From the IMG/VR virus record IMGVR_UViG_3300024520_000047, positions 62,001-126,000 of that record: a DNA stretch of 64,000 nt, one strand, 5' to 3'. Shown one piece after another: positions 9,911-19,165 of this stretch. A model generated the notes under the pieces. The model was not told the DNA's origin and searched no databases. It was given only the letters and a program-made list of their open reading frames with translations. The first letter of the stretch is position 1; each line of letters begins with the position of its first letter. The translations under genes and the position numbers were made by a program.

Positions 9911-10307
9911 TTGAAGATTTATTTAAGTTCGGTAAGGGACTAAGTTTAACATTAAAATCAATATTCTTTAATTCTTCTAAATTCTTGGACTGGAACAATT
10001 CTTCTAATTCTCTAGTCTTAGCTTGTAATAATTTATCTTTTTCTTCTTTATCTTTATTAAATTTAATAATTCTTAATAATTCATTTTCCAGAAATTTTAC
10101 ACTCTCTAAGGCATATCCACAATAAAAAGAAGCTAAACACCCTTCAGTGCTATTTGTATTTACTTTTATCGCAATCTTATCTTTATCGTATAGGCCTTCA
10201 TAAGCCCAATGAGATGGGAATTTTAAATCTATGATAAAATAATTCTCATGTTTTCTTATACCATAAAAGGTGTCTCCAAACTTTTGTATATTTTCAAATA
10301 AATTCAT
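9828..10307 (-). CDS. Hypothetical protein with a coiled-coil C-terminal half
   Basis: 159-aa ORF coupled by TAATG to the upstream small ORF. Confidence 0.7.
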   Translation of the reverse strand: MNLFENIQKFGDTFYGIRKHENYFIIDLKFPSHWAYEGLYDKDKIAIKVNTNSTEGCLASFYCGYALESVKFLENELLRIIKFNKDKEEKDKLLQAKTRELEELFQSKNLEELKNIDFNVKLSPLPNLNKSSNGTDKPKDKVVKSTDRERQSTNPETQK

Positions 10308-10486
10308 TAATATAAAATATAACTTAAAAAATAAGAAACTGAAGTAACTATAATAATTTCATCCACATAATTTAAAATAATTTTCTTAGGGGGGTTGCTC
10401 AATAGTTTAATCATTATTAAAACTAGATATTTTAACATTTCTAATGTAGAAGCAATGAATAGTATCAATAATATTAAACTTACCAC
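10307..10486 (-). CDS. Small two-TM membrane protein (not in ORF track)
   Basis: GTG start, 59 aa: MVSLILLILFIASTLEMLKYLVLIMIKLLSNPPKKIILNYVDEIIIVTSVSYFLSYILY. Its stop overlaps the next ATG (TAATG). Confidence 0.6.
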   Translation of the reverse strand: MVSLILLILFIASTLEMLKYLVLIMIKLLSNPPKKIILNYVDEIIIVTSVSYFLSYILY

Positions 10487-10492
10487 ATTCTT

Positions 10493-10666
10493 TTAATTTT
10501 TACTGTGATTTAAAATTTCCTTTCTAAGTTCTTGACAAAGCATCTTTAATTCTTGAGCTTCTTTTCGTGCACGTATTCCTGCACTTTTATTATCTTTTTC
10601 AAAAAATTTACTGGTGTCTACAGATAAATTCTCCACTAATTCTTTAATTTTTCCTAAAGTTTCCAT
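10493..10666 (-). CDS. Histone H1-like protein, Hc1 family (not in ORF track)
   Basis: 57 aa: METLGKIKELVENLSVDTSKFFEKDNKSAGIRARKEAQELKMLCQELRKEILNHSKN. The KF..K.NK.AG.RARK....LK.....LRK pattern matches Bacteroidota/Chlamydia Hc1 N-domains. Confidence 0.85.
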   Translation of the reverse strand: METLGKIKELVENLSVDTSKFFEKDNKSAGIRARKEAQELKMLCQELRKEILNHSKN

Positions 10667-10757
10667 GTGTTTTTAACTAATTTTTTTTATTTATTATCTA
10701 ACCTATAATTATATAGGTAGTAAGAAAAAATAACTCTAGTGGTGTGGGAAGTCAACT

Positions 10758-11228
10758 TTATTGGAGAAGATTATTTTCTAATGTTTTGTATAAATCAGTA
10801 TAAATATCTAATTCTGACTTAGTTTTCTTATCATCTATCTTAAATAGGGTGGAAAAAAATTTATCTACTTTATTAATTGTGTATTCATATTTTTCACCAT
10901 AAAAAGATTCTAGAAAAAAATTCCAAAAATAATCATAGTGTTCGCCTTCTTTTTTAAAGAAAATGCCTTCCTTATTCAAATCTACAATTACTTTACACCA
11001 ACACCATTTAAAATGATTTACAATATCTTCTTCAGTATGTGCGATATCTTTGCCTAAGTAAGTTTTATTAACTATAAGGTATAGTGATTTTACAAAGAAA
11101 AAAAATAATTCTGATTTTTCAACAATAATATCATTTGCTTTAAACCAAATATCCAAATCTTTCTTTGGAATGGGTTCGGTTACATACCTATAAAATTCTA
11201 TTGGGGATAATCCTTTTGATTTGCTCAT
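10758..11228 (-). CDS. Hypothetical protein
   Basis: 156-aa, aromatic-rich, helical ORF. Confidence 0.7.
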   Translation of the reverse strand: MSKSKGLSPIEFYRYVTEPIPKKDLDIWFKANDIIVEKSELFFFFVKSLYLIVNKTYLGKDIAHTEEDIVNHFKWCWCKVIVDLNKEGIFFKKEGEHYDYFWNFFLESFYGEKYEYTINKVDKFFSTLFKIDDKKTKSELDIYTDLYKTLENNLLQ

Positions 11229-11283
11229 ATTAAAAATGTAATTAAATTGTTAAAATTTTAAATATATAATTTAAACTTATTAC

Positions 11284-11310
11284 AAAAAACCCCCAGAATT
11301 TGGGGGTTTT
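11284..11310 (-). terminator. Rho-independent terminator (possibly bidirectional)
   Basis: AAAACCCCCA-GAATT-TGGGGGTTTT hairpin with A/T tracts on both sides, downstream of 11349..12557. Confidence 0.8.
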
Positions 11311-11348
11311 AGTATAAAAAAATAAATTGTTATTTCCTCAATATTTTT

Positions 11349-12557
11349 TTAAGGTAACGGTATATTATTATCATTCAAATATTGTGTAAACCACTCTAAA
11401 GCTTGTTCATCTCCCACAGCTTGTAAGTCCTCATAAGTTTTTTTAAGTACTGATGGGTTTTTCATTGCGTCTTCAGGAATTTCTATAAGTTGTCCATCAG
11501 CTGACTTATATTCCGCGTATGGAAATTGTTGCTCTTTACCAGCTATTGCATCAGCGGGTTTTCCTTTACCCATCGCTAACAATAACTCATTTTCATCATG
11601 TTTGCTGGCGTATGCTATAATTTGGTCATCCTCTAATTTAACTCTTTTCATCCACGCATATTGGCAATCTAAGGGTTTTGCTTGTAAAATTGCTAGAAAA
11701 ACATCTTCTAGATATTGTTCTTTTGTTCCTCCAGTAGCATCATCACCACCAAAATTTTGCCATTTTTCAAAATCTCCTGGTTGGTTATTATACATTAGAA
11801 AATCTGATGTACAATTAGAGGTGTCATAAGGTCCTTCAATCCCTAATGATGCCATAACTTCTTCACAGGTAGGGAAAGGTAATTCATTTGGATTTTCCAT
11901 ACATGGGTTATTTTTGCTTATTTCTTCAAATTTCTCTTTCACCTCTTCGGATTCCCCTGTACTTTCTCCTTGACGGGCATCAGGAAATTTATTATCTAAC
12001 AAACTATTAGCTTTCTTATTAGTTTCCAACGAAATCCAATCTTCATCGCCTTTTTTTCTTGTATGCCAAATACCGTCTATTACTGTATATTCGTAGGTGT
12101 TATCACCTTTAATGTTATATGCTTTAGTACTATCTTTAGATGCTGTATCATCTTCTGGTTTTTCCTCTGTCTTAACTGTAGTTTCTACTTTTTTAATAAC
12201 TTCTTGTTTTTGTTCTGGAGTAACATTTCTCGGTACAATCATAAATGCATATACATCTTTATTCTTTCCATCTTTTCTGGTAGAAAATATCAACTGGTCA
12301 GGAGTTAAATCTTTAATGCCTGTCTCCATTTTAATGTACTGAAATACGTCATCATCTGCTTGTAAATTATCTTTATCAAATTGAAATCCTCTTTTTGCTA
12401 CTAACCTCCAATCGTTATCCCCTTTCTTTCTAATTTTAAGCTTGTCCCCAAATAATCCACCACGTTTAACTGTAGTTTGTTCAGAGATTACTGGAGTACC
12501 CATTAATTCCATTATTCTTGAGTATTCTTCATTTAGATTTTGTTTTGTATAATTCAT
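11349..12557 (-). CDS. Acidic hypothetical protein, probable head-packaged/virion protein
   Basis: N-terminus LNEEYSRIMELMG...ISEQ, plus a small aromatic module YEYTVIDGIWHTRKKGDEDW. Confidence 0.65.
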   Translation of the reverse strand: MNYTKQNLNEEYSRIMELMGTPVISEQTTVKRGGLFGDKLKIRKKGDNDWRLVAKRGFQFDKDNLQADDDVFQYIKMETGIKDLTPDQLIFSTRKDGKNKDVYAFMIVPRNVTPEQKQEVIKKVETTVKTEEKPEDDTASKDSTKAYNIKGDNTYEYTVIDGIWHTRKKGDEDWISLETNKKANSLLDNKFPDARQGESTGESEEVKEKFEEISKNNPCMENPNELPFPTCEEVMASLGIEGPYDTSNCTSDFLMYNNQPGDFEKWQNFGGDDATGGTKEQYLEDVFLAILQAKPLDCQYAWMKRVKLEDDQIIAYASKHDENELLLAMGKGKPADAIAGKEQQFPYAEYKSADGQLIEIPEDAMKNPSVLKKTYEDLQAVGDEQALEWFTQYLNDNNIPLP

Positions 12558-13225
12558 TTTCTTTTATTATTTAATAATGATTTTACTTCTTTAATAGCTT
12601 CCGCTACCATATAATTAGGATTTGGTTTTTGTTTCCCGTATCTATTTGGTATAGCTTCACTCCATTCATCACTTTTTAATTTATTGTATTTTCTTTTAAC
12701 TTTTTTAATTACCTTATCACCCAACTTAGATGGTACTGTATTACCTATTGGTTGACCGTCAGTTCCTTTGGTTGTTTCGTTTCCAGTCATACTTGACCCT
12801 TCTATATAATCTCTAACTCTCTTTTTAAAACTATCTGAAGGTTCAGTTTGGTACTCTGCATCTTCTAATCCCATTCCTCTCCAGTCTTCTATATATTCTT
12901 CTTGTTCTGAACTATTTCTATACATAGGAGATTCATAATCCGTTTTAGAATTGTTTTGGTGTGGGAAATCAGGGTGAGAATTATTTTTGAAATTTAAATA
13001 GTCTTTAATTTTACCAGCAACTAATTTCATTGCTTCACTATTTTGTTGTCCTGCTGTCTTTAAAGTTTTGTCCGTTTCTACTTTACCGGGAAAATTATTA
13101 GAATCTTTAGCTTCCTGTAATTTAGTTTTAAGTCTCTTTTTTAATAAGTCTTTTTTAACCATAGGCTTTAACTCTTTTTCTAAAATTTTACTAACTCTTC
13201 TATCTAATTGTATGTTTTTTCTCAT
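12554..13225 (-). CDS. Hypothetical protein
   Basis: 223-aa ORF with TATTTATA at 13247-13254 upstream. Confidence 0.7.
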   Translation of the reverse strand: MRKNIQLDRRVSKILEKELKPMVKKDLLKKRLKTKLQEAKDSNNFPGKVETDKTLKTAGQQNSEAMKLVAGKIKDYLNFKNNSHPDFPHQNNSKTDYESPMYRNSSEQEEYIEDWRGMGLEDAEYQTEPSDSFKKRVRDYIEGSSMTGNETTKGTDGQPIGNTVPSKLGDKVIKKVKRKYNKLKSDEWSEAIPNRYGKQKPNPNYMVAEAIKEVKSLLNNKRK

Positions 13226-13262
13226 TTGAATGTCTTTTGTATATCATATAAATATATTGTAA

Positions 13263-14315
13263 TTATGATTCGTACTTAGGTTTGTTACCTTTCATAGTAT
13301 AATATTTACCAATGGGGCGGTCCATTTTTGTAACCCCAACTATGCCCGCGTCTGGGTCTGTAACTGGAGACTTATAAAAAGCTCTTCTAATCATCTCATC
13401 CATTTCTTCTTCATTTGTAGTTTTTTTCTTTTTTTCTGCCCTCATTTTCTTTTTCCTATTCTTTTCTAAATCCTCACGAAATTTGCTTTCAAGTTCAGTG
13501 ATAATTATGTTTTTTAAATAAGAAACAGGTTTACTTGTTTTTTTAGAAACATTTTCAATTGCTTCTTTTATGGTCTTATTCTCATAAAATTCTAATGCGT
13601 TAATATCCCCCTGATTACAATAGGGGAAATGACTACATTTTTTCTTTACTCGTACATAAGTTCCACCAGGTCCACCCCATTTTGGGAAATTGGGGTCCTG
13701 AACGGCTTTCCAATTCTTATAGTTTTTAGCCCATATCTGTGGTTGTGAATATGACCCCGATGAACCCGCACCGGTCTGTTCATCCATCTCTTCTTCTTCA
13801 TTTAAAGGTTTGTTCTGAACTGTCGAACCTTGTTTGTCTGGGTCCCAACCCATAGGGGGGGCATAGGCACCAGCAGAACCACTACTAGTTTGTTCACCCA
13901 TCTCTTCTTCGCCTTGGATTGTGTCTTCGTGAGCCTTTGCAGAAAACGGAGAAACATTATCTATGTTTATTTCTTCATTGTTTGCGTGGTCTGAAATATA
14001 ATCATGTAATTTTTCACCATAGATTCCATATAATCTTTTAATTAAAGCCTTGGGATTTTTCCTTAAATATCGTAATACTGGTGGTGGTACATCTTCACCA
14101 TATTGTCCAAATACTCCTTGTATTTCTTTTTCTCTTGGTGTGGGTGTAAATTTTGATTTACTATAAGTGTCTTTCATTTCTCCCGATTCATTGGTTACTT
14201 GGGTAAGATTACTTCTAGCTTTAGCCCCCTTTGCTCCACCACCCATAGGGAGTTCATCTAATACATTTTGTGTCATATTACTAGCGTCTCTTTTATATTT
14301 TTGAACTGTATTCAT
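13263..14315 (-). CDS. Hypothetical protein with a duplicated EQTxxGSxGxY motif and a CxxFPYC motif
   Basis: MGEQTSSGSAGAYAPP and MDEQTGAGSSGSYSQP, plus KKCSHFPYCNQGD. Confidence 0.7.
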   Translation of the reverse strand: MNTVQKYKRDASNMTQNVLDELPMGGGAKGAKARSNLTQVTNESGEMKDTYSKSKFTPTPREKEIQGVFGQYGEDVPPPVLRYLRKNPKALIKRLYGIYGEKLHDYISDHANNEEINIDNVSPFSAKAHEDTIQGEEEMGEQTSSGSAGAYAPPMGWDPDKQGSTVQNKPLNEEEEMDEQTGAGSSGSYSQPQIWAKNYKNWKAVQDPNFPKWGGPGGTYVRVKKKCSHFPYCNQGDINALEFYENKTIKEAIENVSKKTSKPVSYLKNIIITELESKFREDLEKNRKKKMRAEKKKKTTNEEEMDEMIRRAFYKSPVTDPDAGIVGVTKMDRPIGKYYTMKGNKPKYES

Positions 14316-14316
14316 A

Positions 14317-14574
14317 TTATTTTACATTTTTTATCTGTGCATCCCAGAAACTTCTACGTAACCAAAATGTTTTATATAATTCAATTAAAACTTTAGTACT
14401 TACATCAACCATTTCAGCTCTGTTAGTTTTCGCTAATTTCCCATTCTTCTTTTTGAGTTCAGATTCAACCACATCCACCACATCTTTTTCAAATTTGGCA
14501 GACCCTAAGAAATCTTTCAATTCTTTTCTAGCAATTCTTTCTATTTCTTTTTTATCGGTAGCGGTTAATCCCAT
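14317..14574 (-). CDS. Hypothetical protein
   Basis: 85 aa, with TATTTATA at 14588-14595 upstream. Confidence 0.7.
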   Translation of the reverse strand: MGLTATDKKEIERIARKELKDFLGSAKFEKDVVDVVESELKKKNGKLAKTNRAEMVDVSTKVLIELYKTFWLRRSFWDAQIKNVK

Positions 14575-14612
14575 AATTACATTTTACTATAAATATAATG
14601 AAAGAAGAGAAG

Positions 14613-15065
14613 TTATAAGATGATTTGGAGAATAATAAGGCCAATACTGACTGCTGCACCACCCACTAGAAAACCGTTTTTTTGTCTTTTATATTTTTTA
14701 GCTTTTTTTTCTGACATTAAACGTAAATCTTCTTTATGTTGGATAACCTGATTAAGGTTTTGAATATCTTGTAAAAAGATTTGTTCTTTGGATTTGTATT
14801 GTGTTATAATACTGTCTTTAAGACTAAGTTGTTGTTTAGTGATTTCATAATTTATTTTTACTATGGACAGTTCTTCTTTACAGAAATCACCCAATTCAAT
14901 TTCCTCAATAGCTTTTAATAGATGCGTTTTAGGAATACACACAATAGTGTCCCCATTAATCGTAACGTTTTGAGAAATACTCGGTAATATCGCTGCTATT
15001 AAAAGTGCCAATGTTATCCAAAGTTTTCTTAAATTCAGTTTTAAGGGTAGATAATTTATCATCAT
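14613..15065 (-). CDS. Exported coiled-coil protein with a C-terminal TM anchor (spanin-like candidate)
   Basis: Signal-like RKLWITLALLIAAILPSIS-Q, then a coiled coil and a C-terminal hydrophobic GFLVGGAAVSIGLIILQIIL. It overlaps the upstream gene by 110 nt. The exact start is uncertain. Confidence 0.55.
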   Translation of the reverse strand: MMINYLPLKLNLRKLWITLALLIAAILPSISQNVTINGDTIVCIPKTHLLKAIEEIELGDFCKEELSIVKINYEITKQQLSLKDSIITQYKSKEQIFLQDIQNLNQVIQHKEDLRLMSEKKAKKYKRQKNGFLVGGAAVSIGLIILQIIL

Positions 15066-15309
15066 TTTCTTTAATATTTTTATTTAAACCTTCAATAGAA
15101 TCTGAAAGTAAAATAATATTATTGTTATACAATTCTCTTTGTTTTGCATTAGTTTGTATAACCTTTTGTAGGCTATCTATCTTATTATTTAATATATATT
15201 CATTAACTGCTTCTGTACTAGATTCGGGTCTAGTCAGTATGCTAAAAACTAAAGCTATTATTAATACTACTATTAATATAAGTTGGTAATGTTTCAATAC
15301 CTTGTTCAT
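14956..15309 (-). CDS. N-terminal TM plus coiled-coil protein (i-spanin-like candidate)
   Basis: LILIVVLIIALVFSIL followed by a heptad-rich segment, close to the amidase gene. Confidence 0.6.
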   Translation of the reverse strand: MNKVLKHYQLILIVVLIIALVFSILTRPESSTEAVNEYILNNKIDSLQKVIQTNAKQRELYNNNIILLSDSIEGLNKNIKENDDKLSTLKTEFKKTLDNIGTFNSSDITEYFSKRYD

Positions 15310-15313
15310 AATC

Positions 15314-15907
15314 TTATATTTCTGGTCCCAAATCTTCTTCGGTTGTTGTTTCTGTTTTTCTTCGACTTGCTAAAAGTTTTGCCCATTTTCCAGAAAATAC
15401 TGTAAAATACGTTTTTAATTTTTCTAACAATTCAACAAATTCTACATCTATTTTTACCATATTAGCATTGCCAATATATACACCATCTACTTCCGCAATA
15501 GAATAGTAAAATCTTATATCGAACTTAAGAAGTTCCCCGGACCACTCTACATTATTTTTATATATGTTTAAAGGATGAAATTCTGCCATATCGGATACCT
15601 GTTCTACAAATTCATCCATAGTTTCTTGGTACACAGATTGTTCATCACCTGTAAGTTCTAATTCTTGTTCTGTCATTCCATGAACAATAATTTTACCACC
15701 ACTTACCGTATATTCTTTAGTTTTTTCTTCTTTTTCTTTGGGTGTTTTAATTTCATCGTCTTGGATGGCAGTTTCAAAATCCACACTGTCTTCTTCTACT
15801 TGTTCTTTTATAAGCCTAGAAACATTAAGGATTTGTTTCATATCTTCGTATGCGGTGTTACCATATTTTCCATCTATGGTTCTTCTATTATAAGTTTTCT
15901 TATTCAT
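15314..15907 (-). CDS. Acidic hypothetical protein
   Basis: 197-aa ORF overlapping the amidase stop. Confidence 0.7.
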   Translation of the reverse strand: MNKKTYNRRTIDGKYGNTAYEDMKQILNVSRLIKEQVEEDSVDFETAIQDDEIKTPKEKEEKTKEYTVSGGKIIVHGMTEQELELTGDEQSVYQETMDEFVEQVSDMAEFHPLNIYKNNVEWSGELLKFDIRFYYSIAEVDGVYIGNANMVKIDVEFVELLEKLKTYFTVFSGKWAKLLASRRKTETTTEEDLGPEI

Positions 15908-16499
15908 CTATATATTGTTTTAATTTTTCAAAATCAAAAGAAGGACTCAAGTCTGTCCATAACTCATTGTAATTACTTCTAGTCACTATGCCTTTAAAAT
16001 CTTCTACCCCATCTATTCTAGTGTTATGACCTATTAATTTTAAAGATATATTTAATTCAGTACATAACCTTTTAATAAGTTTTGCAGTTGCCTTTATTTG
16101 TTTATCTGAATATGCCGCCCAATAAGTGTGGTCTCTCCATCTTTTTTGGTAGACATCTCCTTTATAAATATCACCAATCCAATTGGCGTACTTATTATTT
16201 AATTGATTATATTTTAACCATCCCAAATTTTCTAAACAAATAACTATTACCTTTTTATCAAGATATTCTACCCCAATAAAATCTGAATAATAATTTTCAT
16301 CAAAATTTTGAATTGTCTCCCCGTCATTAGAAATTATATAGGTGGGTATTTTTCTATAATCACCATCTAATCTATGAATCAAAGAATTTTTATAATAATT
16401 TAATGGGCGAGAAGTATGACATAATACAATTTGTTCTTTAAAATGTTTATCGTTATGACAAAACAAATTATCTACACTATGCTGGACCATCGTTTCCAC
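15900..16499 (-). CDS. N-acetylmuramoyl-L-alanine amidase (Amidase_2-like), divergent
   Basis: QIVLCHT, YIISNDGETIQ, IVICLENLG, YSDKQIKATAKLIKRLC and TDLSPSFDF follow the Amidase_2 pattern. The usual Zn-ligand His positions appear partly substituted. Confidence 0.75.
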   Translation of the reverse strand: METMVQHSVDNLFCHNDKHFKEQIVLCHTSRPLNYYKNSLIHRLDGDYRKIPTYIISNDGETIQNFDENYYSDFIGVEYLDKKVIVICLENLGWLKYNQLNNKYANWIGDIYKGDVYQKRWRDHTYWAAYSDKQIKATAKLIKRLCTELNISLKLIGHNTRIDGVEDFKGIVTRSNYNELWTDLSPSFDFEKLKQYIDE

Positions 16500-17658
16500 T
16501 ACGTTTTTTATATTTTAATATCTTTTTTTTGTGTTTATCAATATCCTCAGGGGAGGTAGGAATCGTGGCTTTAACACTCTCGGCTTTTCCCTCTTCCTCT
16601 GCCCCTGATTTAGAAGGTGTCTGAGAAAGTTGTGAATTTTCTTTTTCATCCCCCTTTTTCTTATTTAAACCTAACGTTTCTTCTAATTTTTTCAAGTCTT
16701 TTTCAGTAGGTTTTATGGGCGGTGGTTCCTTTATATCTTTTTCCTTACTCCCTATTATTGTACTTAAGTGGTTTTTTTGTTCTTCTGTTAGCTCTTCTGG
16801 TACTTTAGAAAAGTTATCTTTTTCTTGAGATTTGTTAGTTATAATTAATTTGGTACTATTAGCATTTCGACTAAATGCAAAATTCATCGCTACTATCATT
16901 GCTATAGCTAATGGGTCAAATACAAAAATAATTAATAATAAAAACCAGTTCACCACCTTATCCATTGATTTACCAGTTAATTCAGAAATATACTTTAGTG
17001 GGCCTAATTCTCTTTGTTCTTCATTAGAAATTTGTAATTCTACCAATTGTATATCTAGTTTTAAAATAGAGTCTTGGACCACTTCTAATTTTTTATTAAG
17101 TGTATCACGTTCTTGAATAGTTAATGTGAGTTCCTTTTTAAGGTCACGGCGTGCACTAGAAGAGCTTGTGGTAATTACTTGTTGTGTTTCTCTGTCAACA
17201 TATTGTACTTGATGGGGGTTTGATAAAGAAACCCTTAAATCAGAAATAGATTGATTTAATTGTAATTTCTCAGTTTGGAAATCTTTTTTATTGTCTTGGT
17301 AGGTAATTTGTTTTTGTTGTAAAACAGCTAATCCTTTATCTAATAATTCAGATTGAACTGCGGTTTGTTGGTAGGCGTTAGAGAGAAATCCATAAATTCC
17401 ACCTGATGTAATTACCATTAGGATGAATACCGCAACTACAAAATAGAAACGGAGAAATTTATTAATGGTAGTCCAGTATTGGTATAGTAAGGATGCAACC
17501 ACCAATTTAGCCACTTCTAGACTTCCAGCCATTATAATGACTTCAAATTGTGCACCCGCAAATAATTTACTTAAACCAAAAACTGAATAAAATGCTGCAC
17601 ACCCCGCAACACTTAAAGCAGAAAGGGCAATAAGAATAGGGAATAATATTTTTTTCAT
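16477..17658 (-). CDS. Multi-pass membrane protein with a long coiled coil
   Basis: Three N-terminal TM segments, a coiled coil of roughly 130 aa, a further TM (WFLLLIIFVFDPLAIAMIVA) and a charged tail. Confidence 0.75.
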   Translation of the reverse strand: MKKILFPILIALSALSVAGCAAFYSVFGLSKLFAGAQFEVIIMAGSLEVAKLVVASLLYQYWTTINKFLRFYFVVAVFILMVITSGGIYGFLSNAYQQTAVQSELLDKGLAVLQQKQITYQDNKKDFQTEKLQLNQSISDLRVSLSNPHQVQYVDRETQQVITTSSSSARRDLKKELTLTIQERDTLNKKLEVVQDSILKLDIQLVELQISNEEQRELGPLKYISELTGKSMDKVVNWFLLLIIFVFDPLAIAMIVAMNFAFSRNANSTKLIITNKSQEKDNFSKVPEELTEEQKNHLSTIIGSKEKDIKEPPPIKPTEKDLKKLEETLGLNKKKGDEKENSQLSQTPSKSGAEEEGKAESVKATIPTSPEDIDKHKKKILKYKKRSGNDGPA

Positions 17659-17687
17659 AGACTTTTTTTATATACAATAAATATCTT

Positions 17688-18482
17688 TTACTGTATATAA
17701 TCTAACAAAACTCTACTTTCGTTACGTAGTTTTCTTAAAGCCTTTTCTTTTATTTGTCTTACTCTCTCTTTTGTTAAATTAAAATCTTCACCAATATCCG
17801 ATAAAGTTCGTGGGGTTCCACTTAATCCAAAATAATCAGATATGATAATAATTTCTCTTTCATCTAAAATACCCATTATCCTTTTTAATTCATTTTTAAA
17901 TTGTTGGGTGGTGTCCCCGATATCTTCTGGATTTTTTGCATCCTCATTTTTAATTAGAGATAATAATGTGTCACCATCTTCATTAATAGGTTTTCCTAGA
18001 TTAACAGTATAAGGTAAATTAGATAACTTATCGTTTAACATACCCCCGTCTTCTCGTTCATTTTTTTTAGCTCTATGTAATTCTTGAACTACATTTGCAG
18101 GTAATCTTATTGTCCGTGCATGTTCATTTAAACATTGGAGGATAGATTGTTTAATCCACCACACCGCATAAGAAATGAAACGATACCCCTTTGACCAGTC
18201 GAAATTATTAATGGCTTTCATTAATCCATAATTTCCTTCCGCTATCAGGTCTGGAAAATCAACTCCTTGATTTTGGTATTCTTTTGCAACACTAATTACA
18301 AATCTTAAATTACCCACCATTAATTCTTCTTCAATTTTCTTTTTTTGTTCTGGGCTTGGGTTATTTAACATAATATGTGCAAGACATTTTTCTCGTTCTA
18401 CCGTTAATACATCTAATTTTCTCACATCTTTCAAATAATGTGAAATTTCATCTTGGTTAATAAATGGTCCTGTTTTTTTCAT
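17688..18482 (-). CDS. rpoD: Phage-encoded sigma-70 family factor (RpoD/SigA-like, no region 1.1)
   Basis: Region 1.2 ISHYLKDV; region 2 NLRFVISVAKEY...DLIAEGNYGLMKA...FISYAVWWIKQSI; region 3 RTIRLP; region 4.2 LTKERVRQIKEKALRKLR. Confidence 0.92.
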   Translation of the reverse strand: MKKTGPFINQDEISHYLKDVRKLDVLTVEREKCLAHIMLNNPSPEQKKKIEEELMVGNLRFVISVAKEYQNQGVDFPDLIAEGNYGLMKAINNFDWSKGYRFISYAVWWIKQSILQCLNEHARTIRLPANVVQELHRAKKNEREDGGMLNDKLSNLPYTVNLGKPINEDGDTLLSLIKNEDAKNPEDIGDTTQQFKNELKRIMGILDEREIIIISDYFGLSGTPRTLSDIGEDFNLTKERVRQIKEKALRKLRNESRVLLDYIQ

Positions 18483-18510
18483 AAATTTAATTTTATTGTC
18501 ATATACCTAA

Positions 18511-18550
18511 TCAATTAGCATACCATATATAATTAACTGACATATTGTCA
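18511..18550 (-). promoter_or_regulatory. sigma54-like -24/-12 element plus an upstream TGACA-N3-TGTCA palindrome
   Basis: The minus strand reads TGGTATG-CTAA-TTGA (GG-N10-GA) at 18511-18525. A perfect inverted repeat TGACATATTGTCA lies at 18538-18550. Confidence 0.5.
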
Positions 18551-18560
18551 TATCTGTATG

Positions 18561-19094
18561 TTATTTACCACTAACTGAATCTAGGAATTTTTTTTCATCT
18601 AAGGTCAATGAATCTATACCTTTATCGTAAATTTTTTCTAAAACCTCGTCCAAAGTATAAGTCTTTTTTGTACTTTTATTTACTGCTTTATTTATAAATT
18701 GATTAGTATATTCTTGTAATGTTTCATTAATGTGATATAAATTTTCTCCTAATTTTTCTTTAACAATATCTTCATCTCGTTTTAAAGTATTACCTCTTAA
18801 ATTAGTTAAATGCTTTTCAAGTTCTTCATCTAACCTCATTCCTAATTTACGTGGTTTAGGTACTAAAAAATAACTAAGAATATTTTCATCAAAAGTAGTA
18901 TTTAAATAAAAATGGATGTCTTCTAAAGTATCATAACTTTCAAAATGTGCCAATATCAGATTATCGTGATGAACATATTTTAAATATGGTCCACCAATAA
19001 CAAACCCTAAAGTACTGACTATTTGGTTTAAAGAGGTTTTAATATCTTTAAAATCTCCTAAAATAAATAAAAGATAACTTTTTTTTCTTTTCAT
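18561..19094 (-). CDS. Hypothetical protein with a C-terminal DUF6576-like motif
   Basis: C-terminus LDEVLEKIYDKGIDSLTLDEKKFLD, as seen at the end of Bacteroidota rhomboid-family proteins. Confidence 0.7.
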   Translation of the reverse strand: MKRKKSYLLFILGDFKDIKTSLNQIVSTLGFVIGGPYLKYVHHDNLILAHFESYDTLEDIHFYLNTTFDENILSYFLVPKPRKLGMRLDEELEKHLTNLRGNTLKRDEDIVKEKLGENLYHINETLQEYTNQFINKAVNKSTKKTYTLDEVLEKIYDKGIDSLTLDEKKFLDSVSGK

Positions 19095-19116
19095 ATCTAT
19101 AAATAGTTTTATTTAA

Positions 19117-19148
19117 CAAATATAGTAATATTTATTAGTATAACCAAA
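19117..19148 (-). promoter_or_regulatory. Bacteroidota primary-sigma promoter (-33 TTTG / -7 TAnnTTTG)
   Basis: The minus strand reads TTTG-N20-TATATTTG upstream of 18561..19094 and the sigma gene. Confidence 0.7.
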
Positions 19149-19165
19149 TTAATTTTATAAAAATT

